Below are positions 56,201 to 64,000 of a stretch of 64,000 nt of DNA, one piece after another. Under the pieces are notes generated by a model, which was not told the DNA's origin, searched no databases, and saw nothing but the letters and a program-made list of their open reading frames with translations. Source of the stretch: a virus; IMG/VR virus record IMGVR_UViG_3300034107_001363, positions 1 to 64,000 of that record. One strand, given 5' to 3'. Position 1 is the stretch's first letter, and every line of letters starts with the position of its first letter. The translations under genes were made by a program, and so were the position numbers.

Positions 56201-59200
56201 CGCCCGAAGCGACAACCGGGGAAGGGATTAAGCCGGGCTTCGGCCATCCCCGCAATCCACCGAAAGACGCCGACCCCAAGGAAGCCGAACTGTTCCGCGC
56301 TTACGACCGCGCGACCAAGAGCAACGCGGCGTTCCGAGGCCGGGAATGGCGCAAGGACTTCACGCTGGCCCAGTGGATGGAGGAGCTTCCACTCAATTTC
56401 GACCAGCAACTTTACACCGCAACTGGCGGCTTTCGCTTCCCATCGATCGAAAAGGACGAGTTTGGCCGCTTGAGTTACGAGACCTCCGAGCAGGCGTTTC
56501 CTAGTTTTGACGGCTTTGACGAGCTGTATGCGATTCATCGAATGGGAGAGGAGAACGAGGAACTGAGCCAGCAGCAGCGCAACCTGCGGGATGCCCCTTT
56601 GTGGATCGATCAGTTTATCGGTTACGTCGACAAGGCTGAACGCTGGCTGGCCCACGTCCAACTTCGGGCTGGCTTGGATGAGTTTGACACTGGTCCTGAC
56701 ATTGTGCGCGAGATGAACGGTAAGCCGACGCTGGCGGCGCAAAGCCAGTTGCTGCTCGATCCGGTGCTAGAGGCGTTTAGCGACAGGCTTGCCGCACTCA
56801 AGAAGGATTTCCTATCCAAGATGGGGCCTCACTTGGACTACTCCGCGAAGGAGAACTTCCGCGACAGTTTTGCTCGTGAACGGGGCAAGCTGGCTCCCCT
56901 GACTGACGAAACTCAGATGGCTCAGGCGTTCTTGAAGATGATCAAGGCCAAGGAGTCCTTCAGCCCGTTTAAAGTGGCGATGGAAGCTACCCAGCAGGCC
57001 AACACTGCGGTCAAATTGGTTCGACGGGCTCTCCATGAGTTTAGCAACTTGCGTTGGCAGGAGAACTTGGAGAAGGAAATGATGAAGACGGTGCGGGACT
57101 TGTCCTACACCCCTGAGCATTCCGAGTTTTTGCGGTTGCGCGATACTACCCTCGACCCGGCGACCATCCGATTCCTTGAGTTCAATCTCAAATACATCTC
57201 GCAGTTCCCCGATTCTTACCACGTCGGGGCGGGTTACGCCTACGAGTTCCTCGAGCAGCACCGCAAGGTCAACAAGGGTGGCGGCGGGGAGCCATTCATG
57301 AAGGTCTACTTGGACAGCCAAAAGCGCGCGCTGGCCAAGGGTCTTCCAGTTGAAATTAACGAAGAGGCCCAGGTACTGACGATTGACGACACGGGGCCGG
57401 ATGGACAGGCCTATAACGTGTTTGCTTCAGGCGAACAGGGGGCTGACTATAACGCTTTCACCAACGAACGGATTGGCAATGGCTGGCAGACCCAACAGGA
57501 GAAGGCGACCAAGGATGCCAACATCGCATTTCAGGCCCGCAAGATCCGGCTGTCGACTTGGCTGACTCTTATCGGTTTCCGGATTAGCGAGAGCACGGGC
57601 AACGTCGAGGACGCTAAGAGCTTTCGCAGTGACGTCGTGCGCAAGATGCTGACCGGTGAGGGTGACTCGCTGGAGTTGGTTGGTCGCGGAATTCGAGGAA
57701 TGTTTACCGCCGCTTTGTTCAACGACGAGTTGCATTCCACTTTGGTTGAGCAGTTTTTGGAAGCTAATCCGCACTGGAAGGATTTGCCGTCGCTGGATGA
57801 AGAACTGAATCAAGAAACGACATCCCGACGTGTTGCTGGAGGATTTGATGCCGAGGCTTTTGCGGTGGATTTGCTTGAGTTCAAGGAGGGTTTCGAGCGA
57901 GAAGTGCTGCAATCGGCGCTGGTCAACGACAAGGACCAGATGGCGACGGCCTTGGCTACCGTGCTGCGGGTCGGCACAGCAGGCATCAAGGACATCGTGA
58001 TTGATCCTGAGTTTAGCGGTCTGAGTGCTGCCTACCGGCTGAAGCAGGACTACCAAGCGTTCGGCAAGGCCCATCAGGAGAAATACGGCGTGGACATCCT
58101 CAACGCCGACGAGCAGGTGTTTTCCAACGTCACTGCCGAGGAAGCGACTTTGGTCGCTCAAGTGATCCAGCAGCAGATGCTCAACGGCGACTTGCGGCCA
58201 TACGACGGCCGGCTGGTCACTGGCGACTTATGGCTGGCAACCAACCCTGTGTTGGCTTTGCTAGCGGGGTCTCAACCCGGCTCGCGCTGGGTGCCCGATC
58301 TGGTCAAGGAAGGTGAGGAAGAGACCGGTAAATGGGTGCCGGTGCAGACGTTGATCATTAGCCCTGACGAGAAGGCGATGGCGGTTGCTGGCGCGGATGT
58401 CGGGTTCCGGGTCTTTCCCGGCAGCGACGGGATGCCTGACGTCATCTGGGCCCCGCTCAAGCCAACTGGCCAGCAGGACGCCCAGTTTGCCATTCAGCAG
58501 TTGCTGCAGGTTTACGGGGAGGTGCCGGCGATTAAGAGCAACTTGCGCGAACTGGCACGGATTTTCCGCGAGACGCTGGCCCCCGGCTTCCTTGCCAACG
58601 ATGTGATGGCTGCGTTGGACGATAAGATGGTCCGGCTTCGTAGCGATGTCAGTAACCGCAATTTGTTGGGCACGACCACTACCGGGAATTCCAGCACTTG
58701 GCAATCAGTGGCGCTAGATTTGGGAGTGACCGAGTTTTTGGGAGCGACTTGGGAAAGCGAGTTGGCCAAAATGGGGGTCGATTTCAAGTCTCCGGCTTTT
58801 GAGGAAATCCGCCAGCTGATCAAGTCAAGCAAGCACGGGCCGAGCCGCCATTGGAAAATGCTCCACAACGCTCTTAAAGCGCAGAAGTTGACTGCTACCA
58901 TGGGCGAGCTTAGCGAAAGCCTGCGCGCCCGCTTTGCCGACCGGATTTCTGAGTTGTCGAAGGAAGAATCCGAGCTGTTCGAGCAACTGCTGGCCGACCA
59001 CTACTATTCCGCTTCCCGGTCGCTGGCTGAGTCGTCGATCACCGAGGCCGAGATCAAGAGCGAGGGCTGGGGTGCCGACGTGCTGCTCATTTCGCTGATG
59101 CTTAGCGATCCTGCCTACAAGCGGGCTTTTGACGTGTCCTATGTCGGCGACGAGTCGGAAAATCCAGCGGGTGACGACAGTCTTTCGCCGGTGATGCGTG

Positions 59201-62200
59201 ATGCCCTTCAGCGGGCCATCAGCCAGCTCCGCAGCGTGGCTCAGGACTACGAGCAGGCGGACGAGGGCCGGACGGCTAACGATGCCGTGCAGGCCTTTGG
59301 CGAGAGCGATCTGGTAGATGACCAGCAAGTGGCTGATGAAGACGACCAGGCTGGGGCACAACGGGTGGAGAGCAGCACCGAAGAGGAATCCCCTCGTGCA
59401 CGAGGCAAGGGCAACCTACAAGCCGACCCGCTTGCTCTTCTTAAGTTGCTAGCTCCGAACCGAATGACCTCGCCGCGCCGTGACGAAGGGGTGATTCCTC
59501 CGTCTGACGCCTTGTTGTTTAACTTGCTGGAAAACGTTTTTGTGGCGGCCAACAAGTGGAATGATCGGCTGAACTACCCTGAGTCTCCGCTCCGCAAGCC
59601 GTCTGTCCGAAAAATGATCAAGAAGTCGACCAATGCCAACAAGGGTTTGGCGGCGCCGATCTACGAGGAAACTGGCAAGCCACAGAATGCTCGTGCTCGT
59701 GCGAGATCAATGTATGTCGGGAGCATCCTAAATCTTGGCAATCCGGGCTCGCTCGGCAAGACCCGCATCTCGGCGGCGATGAATCGGACCCGCCACGCAA
59801 CGATCAGTGCCGCGTTGCTGGGCAGCGACGAGTATACCCGCGAGGAGATCGACAGCGAGATTGGGATGCGCGCCGACAAGGCGGAGAAGCGCGGGATGGA
59901 CTACGGCATGATCGAGCAGAAACTGGTGCTCCATCCTTACATGATGGACCGACTGGCTTTGATGCTGCCAGGCTTGGAAGAACAGCGCGACAAAGCCCGA
60001 CAGGCGTTGAACAGCCTTGACAGCCGGCTTGACTATCTCGACGGGACCTCCACTGCAGCCGAGAAGTTCTTGCGAGAAACACGGTCCAGCACGCTGATGC
60101 TCGACCGAGTTCATGCCGCTTTGCGTGTAGAGAAGCAGCAGCTTGAGGTTGACATGGCTGGCTACGAGCCGTCCCAAGCACAGGAAATTGATTCAATTAA
60201 ACGCGAGATTGCTCGAATTGATGGCTTGTTAGCCAAGAAGGATTTGGGCGAGTTCATCGAGTTGGCTGACCTACATGGGGATTTTGTGGCAAACCACTTG
60301 GCTGATGCCGTGGTGGAGATGGCGGAAGAGTTTGGCTATCAAGCCGATCGGTTGGCCGCTACTTCTGTTCGTCTGGTGGAAAAAAGCCTGTTGGCCCGTC
60401 TTAAGCTGATTCATGGAGGACAAGGGGCTCGGGTTGAAAGCGGGATGGTTCCTGCAATGACCCAAACGATTGAGGCGATGCGCTTCCTGTTGCGCCAGCG
60501 GGATGCTGTTCTTGAGACCGATCCTTTTGGGCAGGTGGCTTCAATCAATCAGGAGCTGGAGGAGAAGATTGCCGAATTTGGCGAACTAGCCGGACAGCTG
60601 GAAGGAGCGGTTCGGGCCAATCTGAATGCTAGTCTGAAGGAACTAGGGCTCAAACCGCGTTCCGGTCAGGCGTTCCCGTCGTTTAAATTTGGCCCAGCGG
60701 AAGGCTTGGATGACAACCAGCTTGAAGGAATGTCGCGCCGCTTGTCTGCTCGCTCAATCCTTCGCCAGGCTAAAACTGGTGAAGCGCTGCTTGAGGGCAC
60801 TCTTGACTGGGCAACCCGTGAATTCCGCGACGGCATTGGCAACTTGCTCAATAAGCGAGGAGGAGGGCAGAAGCCGAAGACTGCCAAAGACAAGGAGGCC
60901 AAGGAGCAGGCCATTGGTTTGCTTCACAACTTCTTGCGGGGGATGACCGGCAAGAGCAAGACCGATGTGGTAGCCGCGCTTAACGCGCTGGTCAGCCGGG
61001 TTGAGGAGGCCGCAGCTCCAGAACAGGTCAATATTATCAACCTGACGGTCAATCCTGATTGGGAGAGCGTCAAGGAAGCGGCACGGAAACAAGCTTCGCC
61101 ATTGTTTGCGATGCTGCGGATGCTGGCGCTAAGTACGGAAGAAGGTCAGGCTTTGCTCGACAACAACACCACCACTGCTGGCGAATTGAAACGTCAAGCC
61201 AAGGCCCGTAACCATATCACGGAAGCTGCTCGTGAAAAAAGCCGGCTATTGAAGCAAAAGTCGATGATGCTTGGCGGTGACGGCACTTACTACGTTGGAC
61301 GCTATAGCCATGTCAGTCCACACCTTAACCGGGCGGGCGATCCTTACGTGGTGCCGGTGGCTATGACCTTGGCTGCACCACAAGTAGATCCCAACTCGCG
61401 GGTCCAGTCTTTGACTCAAGAACAGGTCAGCAAACAGAAGCAGTCTGTTGAAGAACAGATTCGTCGCGAGTTTTATATCAACCGTTCGGCATTGAATCGA
61501 ACTTTGCAGATTTTGGCGGTCGACCGGATTGACGCTCACTACAAGCTGCTTCGTGGCGAACTGGACAACTACAGCACTTTCGATCCATCGTTGATGGTAA
61601 ACGAGGCAATCGATCGGGTTAGGATTGCCGACGCGGTGATCAAGACTCGCCACGAGCAGGCTTTGTCTGACCAGGAGCAAGCTGCCAGCCGTGGGATGAC
61701 CCAGGAGTCGCTTGGGATGTTGCTGGAAGACCACAGCGAGTTTTTTACTGGCGAGCCGGTGTTGCCAGCTCATCTACAGAAGCACGGCACGGTGGCCGGA
61801 ATGAAGCGGCGCAGCGAACTGCGGGCCAAGGTCAACCGGCTTCCCGCTAGCTACGAGGCCCGTAACCGGCTTTACGGCACACTTTACGATAACGGCACTC
61901 CGATTGTACTGATGGCTCAGGATGCTCGTCAGCGGCTGATGGACGCTTTTCCTGAGACTATTACCCCGCGCAACATCAACCGGACGGTCAACAACATGGT
62001 GTTGCGTGCGCTGGCCAAAACCCCGGCTGCTCGCGGCAAGCCGGCGTTTATGATCCACACTTACGCTGACCTGAGCGGCAAGTTTACCGGAGACTTTGAG
62101 CTGACCAATGGCAAAGATTTGAATTTGGAGCAAGCTGGCAAGGCGTTTTCGGAACGGATCAGCGGTCACCTGCAGCAGTGGCTTGACGGCAAGCGGGGCA

Positions 62201-64000
62201 AGGAGGTTGCCCTGACTGGTGCGACCTCATCCCGCACGCTTGGCTTGTTCAAATCGTTGGTCGAGCAGCTGGTGCATGTCTATGGCGATCCTCGGATGCG
62301 CAACCAAAAGGGAGAACTCAACAACACTGGCAAGAAGGTGGAAGCGTTGCTTCGTCAGATCGACGGGAATGGGTTCTCTGCCGACATTCAGGTAGCCAAG
62401 TTTGACCTGATTGGCACTTTTGCTGAAGCTTTTGCTGAGACCGAAGCGGAGCTGGTGATGCGCGACTTGGTGGCCGGTCTGGTTACTCATAACGACGTAT
62501 TCAGACTGACCACGATGAAAATACTTCATCATTCGTCGGCTCGTAATCGGATTCGATTCAACAAGACTCACGTCGCTCGCGAGACTGCGATGTATTTGCA
62601 AGCTTACTTGGAGCGCGGCTTTGACGGCGAGAGCGGACGCGAGGGCCGGCAGACTGCCCACGAGGAGCAGCGAGCCCGTCTTTCTACGGCGTCTAAGAAG
62701 ATCAGTAGCATTGGCCAAGACAAGACGCTTGACCAGTCGTTGGCTTACGTGGTGGCCCAGCTGGACGGCTTGCAACACGCTAACGGCTTAGACCCTACTC
62801 AGGCGCTAGGTGAGTGGTATGAGGCATTCAAAGCTGGCTACCGACAGCTGAAAGAACTCGACAAGCAGCAAGGCAAGAAATGGAACAGTTTTGAGAGGTT
62901 CTTTGTGGCCAACCATGTCAATCTGATCCGCGATTTGCCGCTGGCCAACAAGCTGGCGGAGATCATGAACGCATCGCGGGCGATGGACGACTTCGGCTTG
63001 GTTGATCCGACTAGCACCAAAAACCACGATGAATATCGCAACGACGAATCGCTGCGGATCATTGCTCAGCTTAAGGAGGCTTTGCTTAAGGCCTCCACTG
63101 ACCGGGCAGGCACAGAACATTACGCTGCCGAGATGGGAGCCGTGCTGCTGGACGCCTACAATGCGACCGCTTTGGCTTTGGCGGTGATGTCAAAGGTTAG
63201 CGGTCCTCGGATCGACACCGGGATAGAGCAAGAAGACGACGCTTCGATTGCTTGGCAGAATCGGGAGATTAAGCCGTGGCGGCGGACTTACGGCGCGGTG
63301 CCGATTCGATTGGCTTACGCTACCAACCCGGGGATGCTCGAAAAAGTTCAAGGCCGCGAGGGCAAGTGGATCCCCGATCCGGCCGACACGGTAGCAATTA
63401 CCGACAGCTCGTTCTTCGGCGGCCTTGGCAAGAAGGAGACCAACCGTCGCTCGCTGGAAGTTTTGCGGCCGATGTCGGTGAACGGCTTGTCGGCTCCGCT
63501 GGCAATTTTGGACGACGCGATTTACCGGTTGAACGTGGCTCCCAATTACGAGGTACTGCGGCGCTTGACGGGCAAGGTGGAAACCCAGTCTGGGGTGCCC
63601 GAGGTTGGCGATTCGATGATGCTCAACGCCGCCAACCGCAACAATCGCGGGATTTACGACCAGGACAGCAACTGGCGTTTCGCTATGGCGGCAGTGGCCA
63701 GCGAGATTGAAAGCAACTTGTTCAACGACGCGCGGTCAGGGGTTCTCGACACAGCTTTTGCCGAGGCGACCAGTTGGCTTTCTTCTGCTTTCATCGTTCG
63801 CTCGTTGTCATCGGTCCTTCAGCTTTGGGACCAAACGGCGTCTGCTACTGTTGGCTTTGTTTTGAAGAAAGTGCTAACCGGTCAGCCTCAGGTGGCTGGA
63901 GATTTCATTTACGCGGTGGCTCATCAAATTGGCAGCCTTTGGAGCGGGGAGGACGGTTTCAATAGGCGTTTGTCGCGGTTTACCTACAACATTTCGCCTT
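47281..64000 (+). CDS. Giant multidomain virion/ejection protein, >5,570 aa, 3' end outside the window
   Basis: ATG at 47281 (MDFSNLTRLAPPK); I saw no stop in frame +1 in the stretches I translated, and the track lists no frame +1 ORF here, consistent with an unterminated ORF; nuclease, CHAP-like and zincin-like motifs. Confidence 0.9.
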   Translation, partial: MDFSNLTRLAPPKSLFTKEPEVPEVPEEEQEELDLKRPETYLLSSKWVNAKSVEERVALVDRIALKQLEALEADKEGTIEMEVYRKEADGSRSGKPVRDQVKTYGPDGLLSRQSLEFLEQSRQTLLQAAQDPDGGVRLNGFSGKLEASNWIDQAVRGNRAPVEDDPSLKPYDEFIKDQSVLATEETKPDFSWEKYTKWSNDRQTDPSKQVDPKDEKQKRKFDEHVGWATYDPTSMGPDKVIDTFNGRVTVNPTNLFEYDQAERELTERTDLTPAAKKLAWMDYEAKVNQHIMDGVNLFASADAGVEFLFGDFVSSAEGLAMEEKIKGWSDEDKQAFRQEQAAKFSGRMGLGAKPLINELEAHLEAGGSGIDFLRANKERMSRDSYGPVSELAAKTRDAFLATGGGINWAIGHYVNQAPGVGTMFRMATGTDGTEFSRPAQEWGILAEETAQAYRNPEYNLLITKVNRRDLTSLGGQLASFIGLGSLGIAATKGATLSAAKAALAQGTAMATASTATRLATATGGRLGPKTAAFLVETATDATAYLGAIQASGMSFGGTHDAILKKTGDAKEAYRVASIDAVADGLGALIATSVMNRVAPGAERLFGLQPGKAGGSLVQRFRATRANTVGASGLADIKNSLSKLHPKLGKQFAKDMKAAIRHEAAQKGLRGFGVFKSMGAEGIEEFSDEAISDVIKMIIDDSKSWSAGDWGNIHDNFRDYLKAGVLGMIGGAVGDAKAMASSGWKATVGNDDKRKAEIKRAVTDRWAFIKADVAGAMADKDTVNPIYDGTDPDALKLAAVLASDDPKFDLKYKSRMLVAAARKGAARPFSEAVENAQEDGQKPSKRTSAVTTPATGSASPVVPSGGSSIEEARQAAVLGVSKAPAGTRARQKIEVEELPAVTLPNGSTLTPLKIGGVGAAGARLLVAGPDGSVTVSYLDATEAAALVGTTDKKLRKEFEQTAKDQQQELAGGKFSDAWTEAEKKTDSKAAQKQAEVKPADRLKAAAAVKLKRKPPALGTSKERFEKAQPPKEVIKNKPVNSMGEATHNYRTKKGILESVTTILGKSRRFFFDKQKALVAAVKGTGMTVQEKAAEWDADTEAGTLLHEQVSAVLSGGNPSSDPLVTKIVELVRENAADVPLSEVIISSKTYAGSIDILVPLADGSWLLMDIKTLKDNPHETGSKPSLRHRDKGSKIDAWAIQLLAYKTALEARGLVVSEMKIIPVDRVGREVFVDSEGNALLDVAPTPEQEEWFNEIFQQDDTDQGADDVAVDEQDSGPKPKGAGVDAAAKVGSGQQDAGNRPAGEESGRETAPDAAAEVARSKTPSKVLLPKATENAPPRPPQEGGREGRDARQAWDDQYAFTHNPDGSPIQPTLTEETVQAAQKAGKLATGDSRIDALGVFDQAGVGTAVEQLLDAGWNWNGQRMENPDDLAETPAVGLQRIRAARDNAQQAPTPAAPAPATPSVSPQAPLEPAAEVTYEAVNGNRLPAKVVGVNPDGTYQIDVPGFGELTRVTRNRLEPTPTTNEEQNQVEVPVVEAPASSGLTVPKLVTRLRLLHGIVFEPKARDAGARNLNNKDRYPGNNDVWMQANNGALFFHPDFLEKVLANDEISDKVGFVEATVEAVRTGTDIPLMPEQTEEVTVEEQTEEEQEAAAVKETEEVKAELEQEETKLEQLPDDSTVDEVREVAPQLVDTATLAALNASDRESFLTWLKGFSKGLSRFGDKIWRAAKGMAVALAGISVAPQATNHEIASVAQVSPELVEVVSGSLPNWATPSDVSIEAEFSDGTLPLPLNETDNVAALDVSTLPQPALVSIDVPQPRQVIKDVQAPKVGSVEATQSLIDEMNLGNVGTTLPGGLAKWWLKQGKNPAVNAAAALLGEHEKGSSRIKSMLVSMGVSENPSSFPWCSAFLSWSLNQAGLKTKTMSSRAFLGLGQKTTAPAYGDVVVLWNDNPATGGKDGWGGHTGFYLGETDTHVIVLSGNSGDSVDVSAFVKTRVLGYRAFGNTPGLLASRGRPKRRARSRRSLPPLKGLAGGPAQPAPAVRKIRNLSVTEAELTEESAEGKWQQKGNDYLFTPAKGKMVRLAPGEVVQIAGSDDLLFLYSVGDGVWQFKRINPEKLSEMWSDGNTRVKVGHLQQEWARTRLDQTAADVEGLLDDLLGSDAAPKAKLITGLRKLLRKVMAEVAPNADPVAPDGDPFVEVKLEGDDFIQARIETVLVESSQETKEKLGKELARLEANPELQQLKDEIKRILGSLPKHDDPGRMAAEAPLKPLQDRLKALELEINKVKTAISRTIKRIETEADYYGEAAVKTMEVDLVNLVAKLRRELGGVMLANDETRAHAALEVARLLAKWVDEEQIHFLTFDEKRFPRLEVEGMVGAIFKDVKHPFRPMLLETLDERFPDRSLDEADDTFLDDDNGFYTLGAELLRKMLQKQLTGTTSEDAVAQANYLAAAMAADLRAGKMTSKGKPSLLQTIGALLRRYSERMRSILGMRWAVGQLPEGQYRLFHRLMQDYRKANLRGDVDLAREKLVIATATRLQLHSSDMEERLNKIGRKHTEGLEQIKRLPKVLLDIGQEDFLVLNAEGELTLHEEVEKFINRNPDKFSHSLIYDALEAMQSEDGYQAAWMDAALARNALEARELAFDFNPAELFGDSSTFDPESAVGKIIAGSPQAAYNPLVRMRRDELAAMDKQIEDRAAGLVVSELERVENLDPSDKKDQRGLIKLAGALGVMPASLPSSNEDFARLKEQIAVHMEVMFEQGGPRPWEGNYDPASGRLDGAVYGGPLPSGSWSMGDETAEAQPSIFRQEQEALAALREQRSRKADDLLILQGVLQRDANGQIVSGPTTEEVPETDRTGALWQLNREQRRNAEVLRIRDRMRQAEKDVDMVEAERRYAQLVDYLEALDEYNRRVTHMKRRAIGDFYDWEKSDYGLFWQDTRVDSEKAEDPRMWDKSDPAPVAMTASDVFGYQALPPEATTGEGIKPGFGHPRNPPKDADPKEAELFRAYDRATKSNAAFRGREWRKDFTLAQWMEELPLNFDQQLYTATGGFRFPSIEKDEFGRLSYETSEQAFPSFDGFDELYAIHRMGEENEELSQQQRNLRDAPLWIDQFIGYVDKAERWLAHVQLRAGLDEFDTGPDIVREMNGKPTLAAQSQLLLDPVLEAFSDRLAALKKDFLSKMGPHLDYSAKENFRDSFARERGKLAPLTDETQMAQAFLKMIKAKESFSPFKVAMEATQQANTAVKLVRRALHEFSNLRWQENLEKEMMKTVRDLSYTPEHSEFLRLRDTTLDPATIRFLEFNLKYISQFPDSYHVGAGYAYEFLEQHRKVNKGGGGEPFMKVYLDSQKRALAKGLPVEINEEAQVLTIDDTGPDGQAYNVFASGEQGADYNAFTNERIGNGWQTQQEKATKDANIAFQARKIRLSTWLTLIGFRISESTGNVEDAKSFRSDVVRKMLTGEGDSLELVGRGIRGMFTAALFNDELHSTLVEQFLEANPHWKDLPSLDEELNQETTSRRVAGGFDAEAFAVDLLEFKEGFEREVLQSALVNDKDQMATALATVLRVGTAGIKDIVIDPEFSGLSAAYRLKQDYQAFGKAHQEKYGVDILNADEQVFSNVTAEEATLVAQVIQQQMLNGDLRPYDGRLVTGDLWLATNPVLALLAGSQPGSRWVPDLVKEGEEETGKWVPVQTLIISPDEKAMAVAGADVGFRVFPGSDGMPDVIWAPLKPTGQQDAQFAIQQLLQVYGEVPAIKSNLRELARIFRETLAPGFLANDVMAALDDKMVRLRSDVSNRNLLGTTTTGNSSTWQSVALDLGVTEFLGATWESELAKMGVDFKSPAFEEIRQLIKSSKHGPSRHWKMLHNALKAQKLTATMGELSESLRARFADRISELSKEESELFEQLLADHYYSASRSLAESSITEAEIKSEGWGADVLLISLMLSDPAYKRAFDVSYVGDESENPAGDDSLSPVMRDALQRAISQLRSVAQDYEQADEGRTANDAVQAFGESDLVDDQQVADEDDQAGAQRVESSTEEESPRARGKGNLQADPLALLKLLAPNRMTSPRRDEGVIPPSDALLFNLLENVFVAANKWNDRLNYPESPLRKPSVRKMIKKSTNANKGLAAPIYEETGKPQNARARARSMYVGSILNLGNPGSLGKTRISAAMNRTRHATISAALLGSDEYTREEIDSEIGMRADKAEKRGMDYGMIEQKLVLHPYMMDRLALMLPGLEEQRDKARQALNSLDSRLDYLDGTSTAAEKFLRETRSSTLMLDRVHAALRVEKQQLEVDMAGYEPSQAQEIDSIKREIARIDGLLAKKDLGEFIELADLHGDFVANHLADAVVEMAEEFGYQADRLAATSVRLVEKSLLARLKLIHGGQGARVESGMVPAMTQTIEAMRFLLRQRDAVLETDPFGQVASINQELEEKIAEFGELAGQLEGAVRANLNASLKELGLKPRSGQAFPSFKFGPAEGLDDNQLEGMSRRLSARSILRQAKTGEALLEGTLDWATREFRDGIGNLLNKRGGGQKPKTAKDKEAKEQAIGLLHNFLRGMTGKSKTDVVAALNALVSRVEEAAAPEQVNIINLTVNPDWESVKEAARKQASPLFAMLRMLALSTEEGQALLDNNTTTAGELKRQAKARNHITEAAREKSRLLKQKSMMLGGDGTYYVGRYSHVSPHLNRAGDPYVVPVAMTLAAPQVDPNSRVQSLTQEQVSKQKQSVEEQIRREFYINRSALNRTLQILAVDRIDAHYKLLRGELDNYSTFDPSLMVNEAIDRVRIADAVIKTRHEQALSDQEQAASRGMTQESLGMLLEDHSEFFTGEPVLPAHLQKHGTVAGMKRRSELRAKVNRLPASYEARNRLYGTLYDNGTPIVLMAQDARQRLMDAFPETITPRNINRTVNNMVLRALAKTPAARGKPAFMIHTYADLSGKFTGDFELTNGKDLNLEQAGKAFSERISGHLQQWLDGKRGKEVALTGATSSRTLGLFKSLVEQLVHVYGDPRMRNQKGELNNTGKKVEALLRQIDGNGFSADIQVAKFDLIGTFAEAFAETEAELVMRDLVAGLVTHNDVFRLTTMKILHHSSARNRIRFNKTHVARETAMYLQAYLERGFDGESGREGRQTAHEEQRARLSTASKKISSIGQDKTLDQSLAYVVAQLDGLQHANGLDPTQALGEWYEAFKAGYRQLKELDKQQGKKWNSFERFFVANHVNLIRDLPLANKLAEIMNASRAMDDFGLVDPTSTKNHDEYRNDESLRIIAQLKEALLKASTDRAGTEHYAAEMGAVLLDAYNATALALAVMSKVSGPRIDTGIEQEDDASIAWQNREIKPWRRTYGAVPIRLAYATNPGMLEKVQGREGKWIPDPADTVAITDSSFFGGLGKKETNRRSLEVLRPMSVNGLSAPLAILDDAIYRLNVAPNYEVLRRLTGKVETQSGVPEVGDSMMLNAANRNNRGIYDQDSNWRFAMAAVASEIESNLFNDARSGVLDTAFAEATSWLSSAFIVRSLSSVLQLWDQTASATVGFVLKKVLTGQPQVAGDFIYAVAHQIGSLWSGEDGFNRRLSRFTYNISP

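Larger units (their letters stand above)
1..64000. mobile_element. Tailed dsDNA bacteriophage genome segment (podovirus-like)
   Basis: terL, portal, scaffold, capsid, fibres, lysis and ejection-protein genes in order; no tape-measure or sheath gene seen; divergent arm of small early genes; no host housekeeping genes. Confidence 0.95.

Noticed and set aside
47300-64000. Numerous minus-strand and off-frame ORFs in the track
   Set aside because: Shadows of the single giant plus-strand ORF
47281-64000. Virion RNA polymerase call for the giant ORF
   Set aside because: No DFDxD or convincing T7/N4 motif A/B/C set seen; LDGLQH at ~62761 is too weak. A polymerase domain could still lie beyond the window
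1-64000. Stop-codon reassignment
   Set aside because: Genes tile well in the standard code, and TAA, TAG and TGA all end genes

Overview
This 64 kb window is part of a dsDNA tailed phage genome with podovirus-like organisation. The host is unknown; a PVC-group host is only a guess from the style of the attC-like sites. The left arm (1-22.0 kb) holds densely packed minus-strand early/middle genes: a DUF932 protein, an HNH nuclease, an RPA-like SSB, a Cas4-like exonuclease, RHH and wHTH regulators, a permuted GHKL ATPase, DUF4326 and many hypotheticals. It also holds an isolated plus-strand terS-like gene. The right arm (22.3-64 kb) holds plus-strand virion genes: terL, portal, scaffold, major capsid, fibres/SGNH spike, lysis genes, tail proteins and ejection proteins. 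It ends in a >5,570-codon ORF (47281 to the window end, absent from the ORF track) that carries PD-(D/E)XK nuclease, CHAP/NlpC-P60, Tudor-like and zincin-like domains. The most unusual elements are: (i) integron attC-like hairpins at the left edge whose arms are translated inside antisense phage genes; (ii) a ~700 nt cluster of non-canonical tRNA-like structured RNAs at 4385-5086; (iii) a 13-bp palindrome TTAGC-NNN-GCTAA recurring at gene starts in both arms; and (iv) an AGCGC-GAA-GCGCT mini-hairpin upstream of three early operons. I saw no DNA polymerase, primase/helicase, integrase or CRISPR array in the window. All family assignments come from reading motifs by eye, not from database searches.
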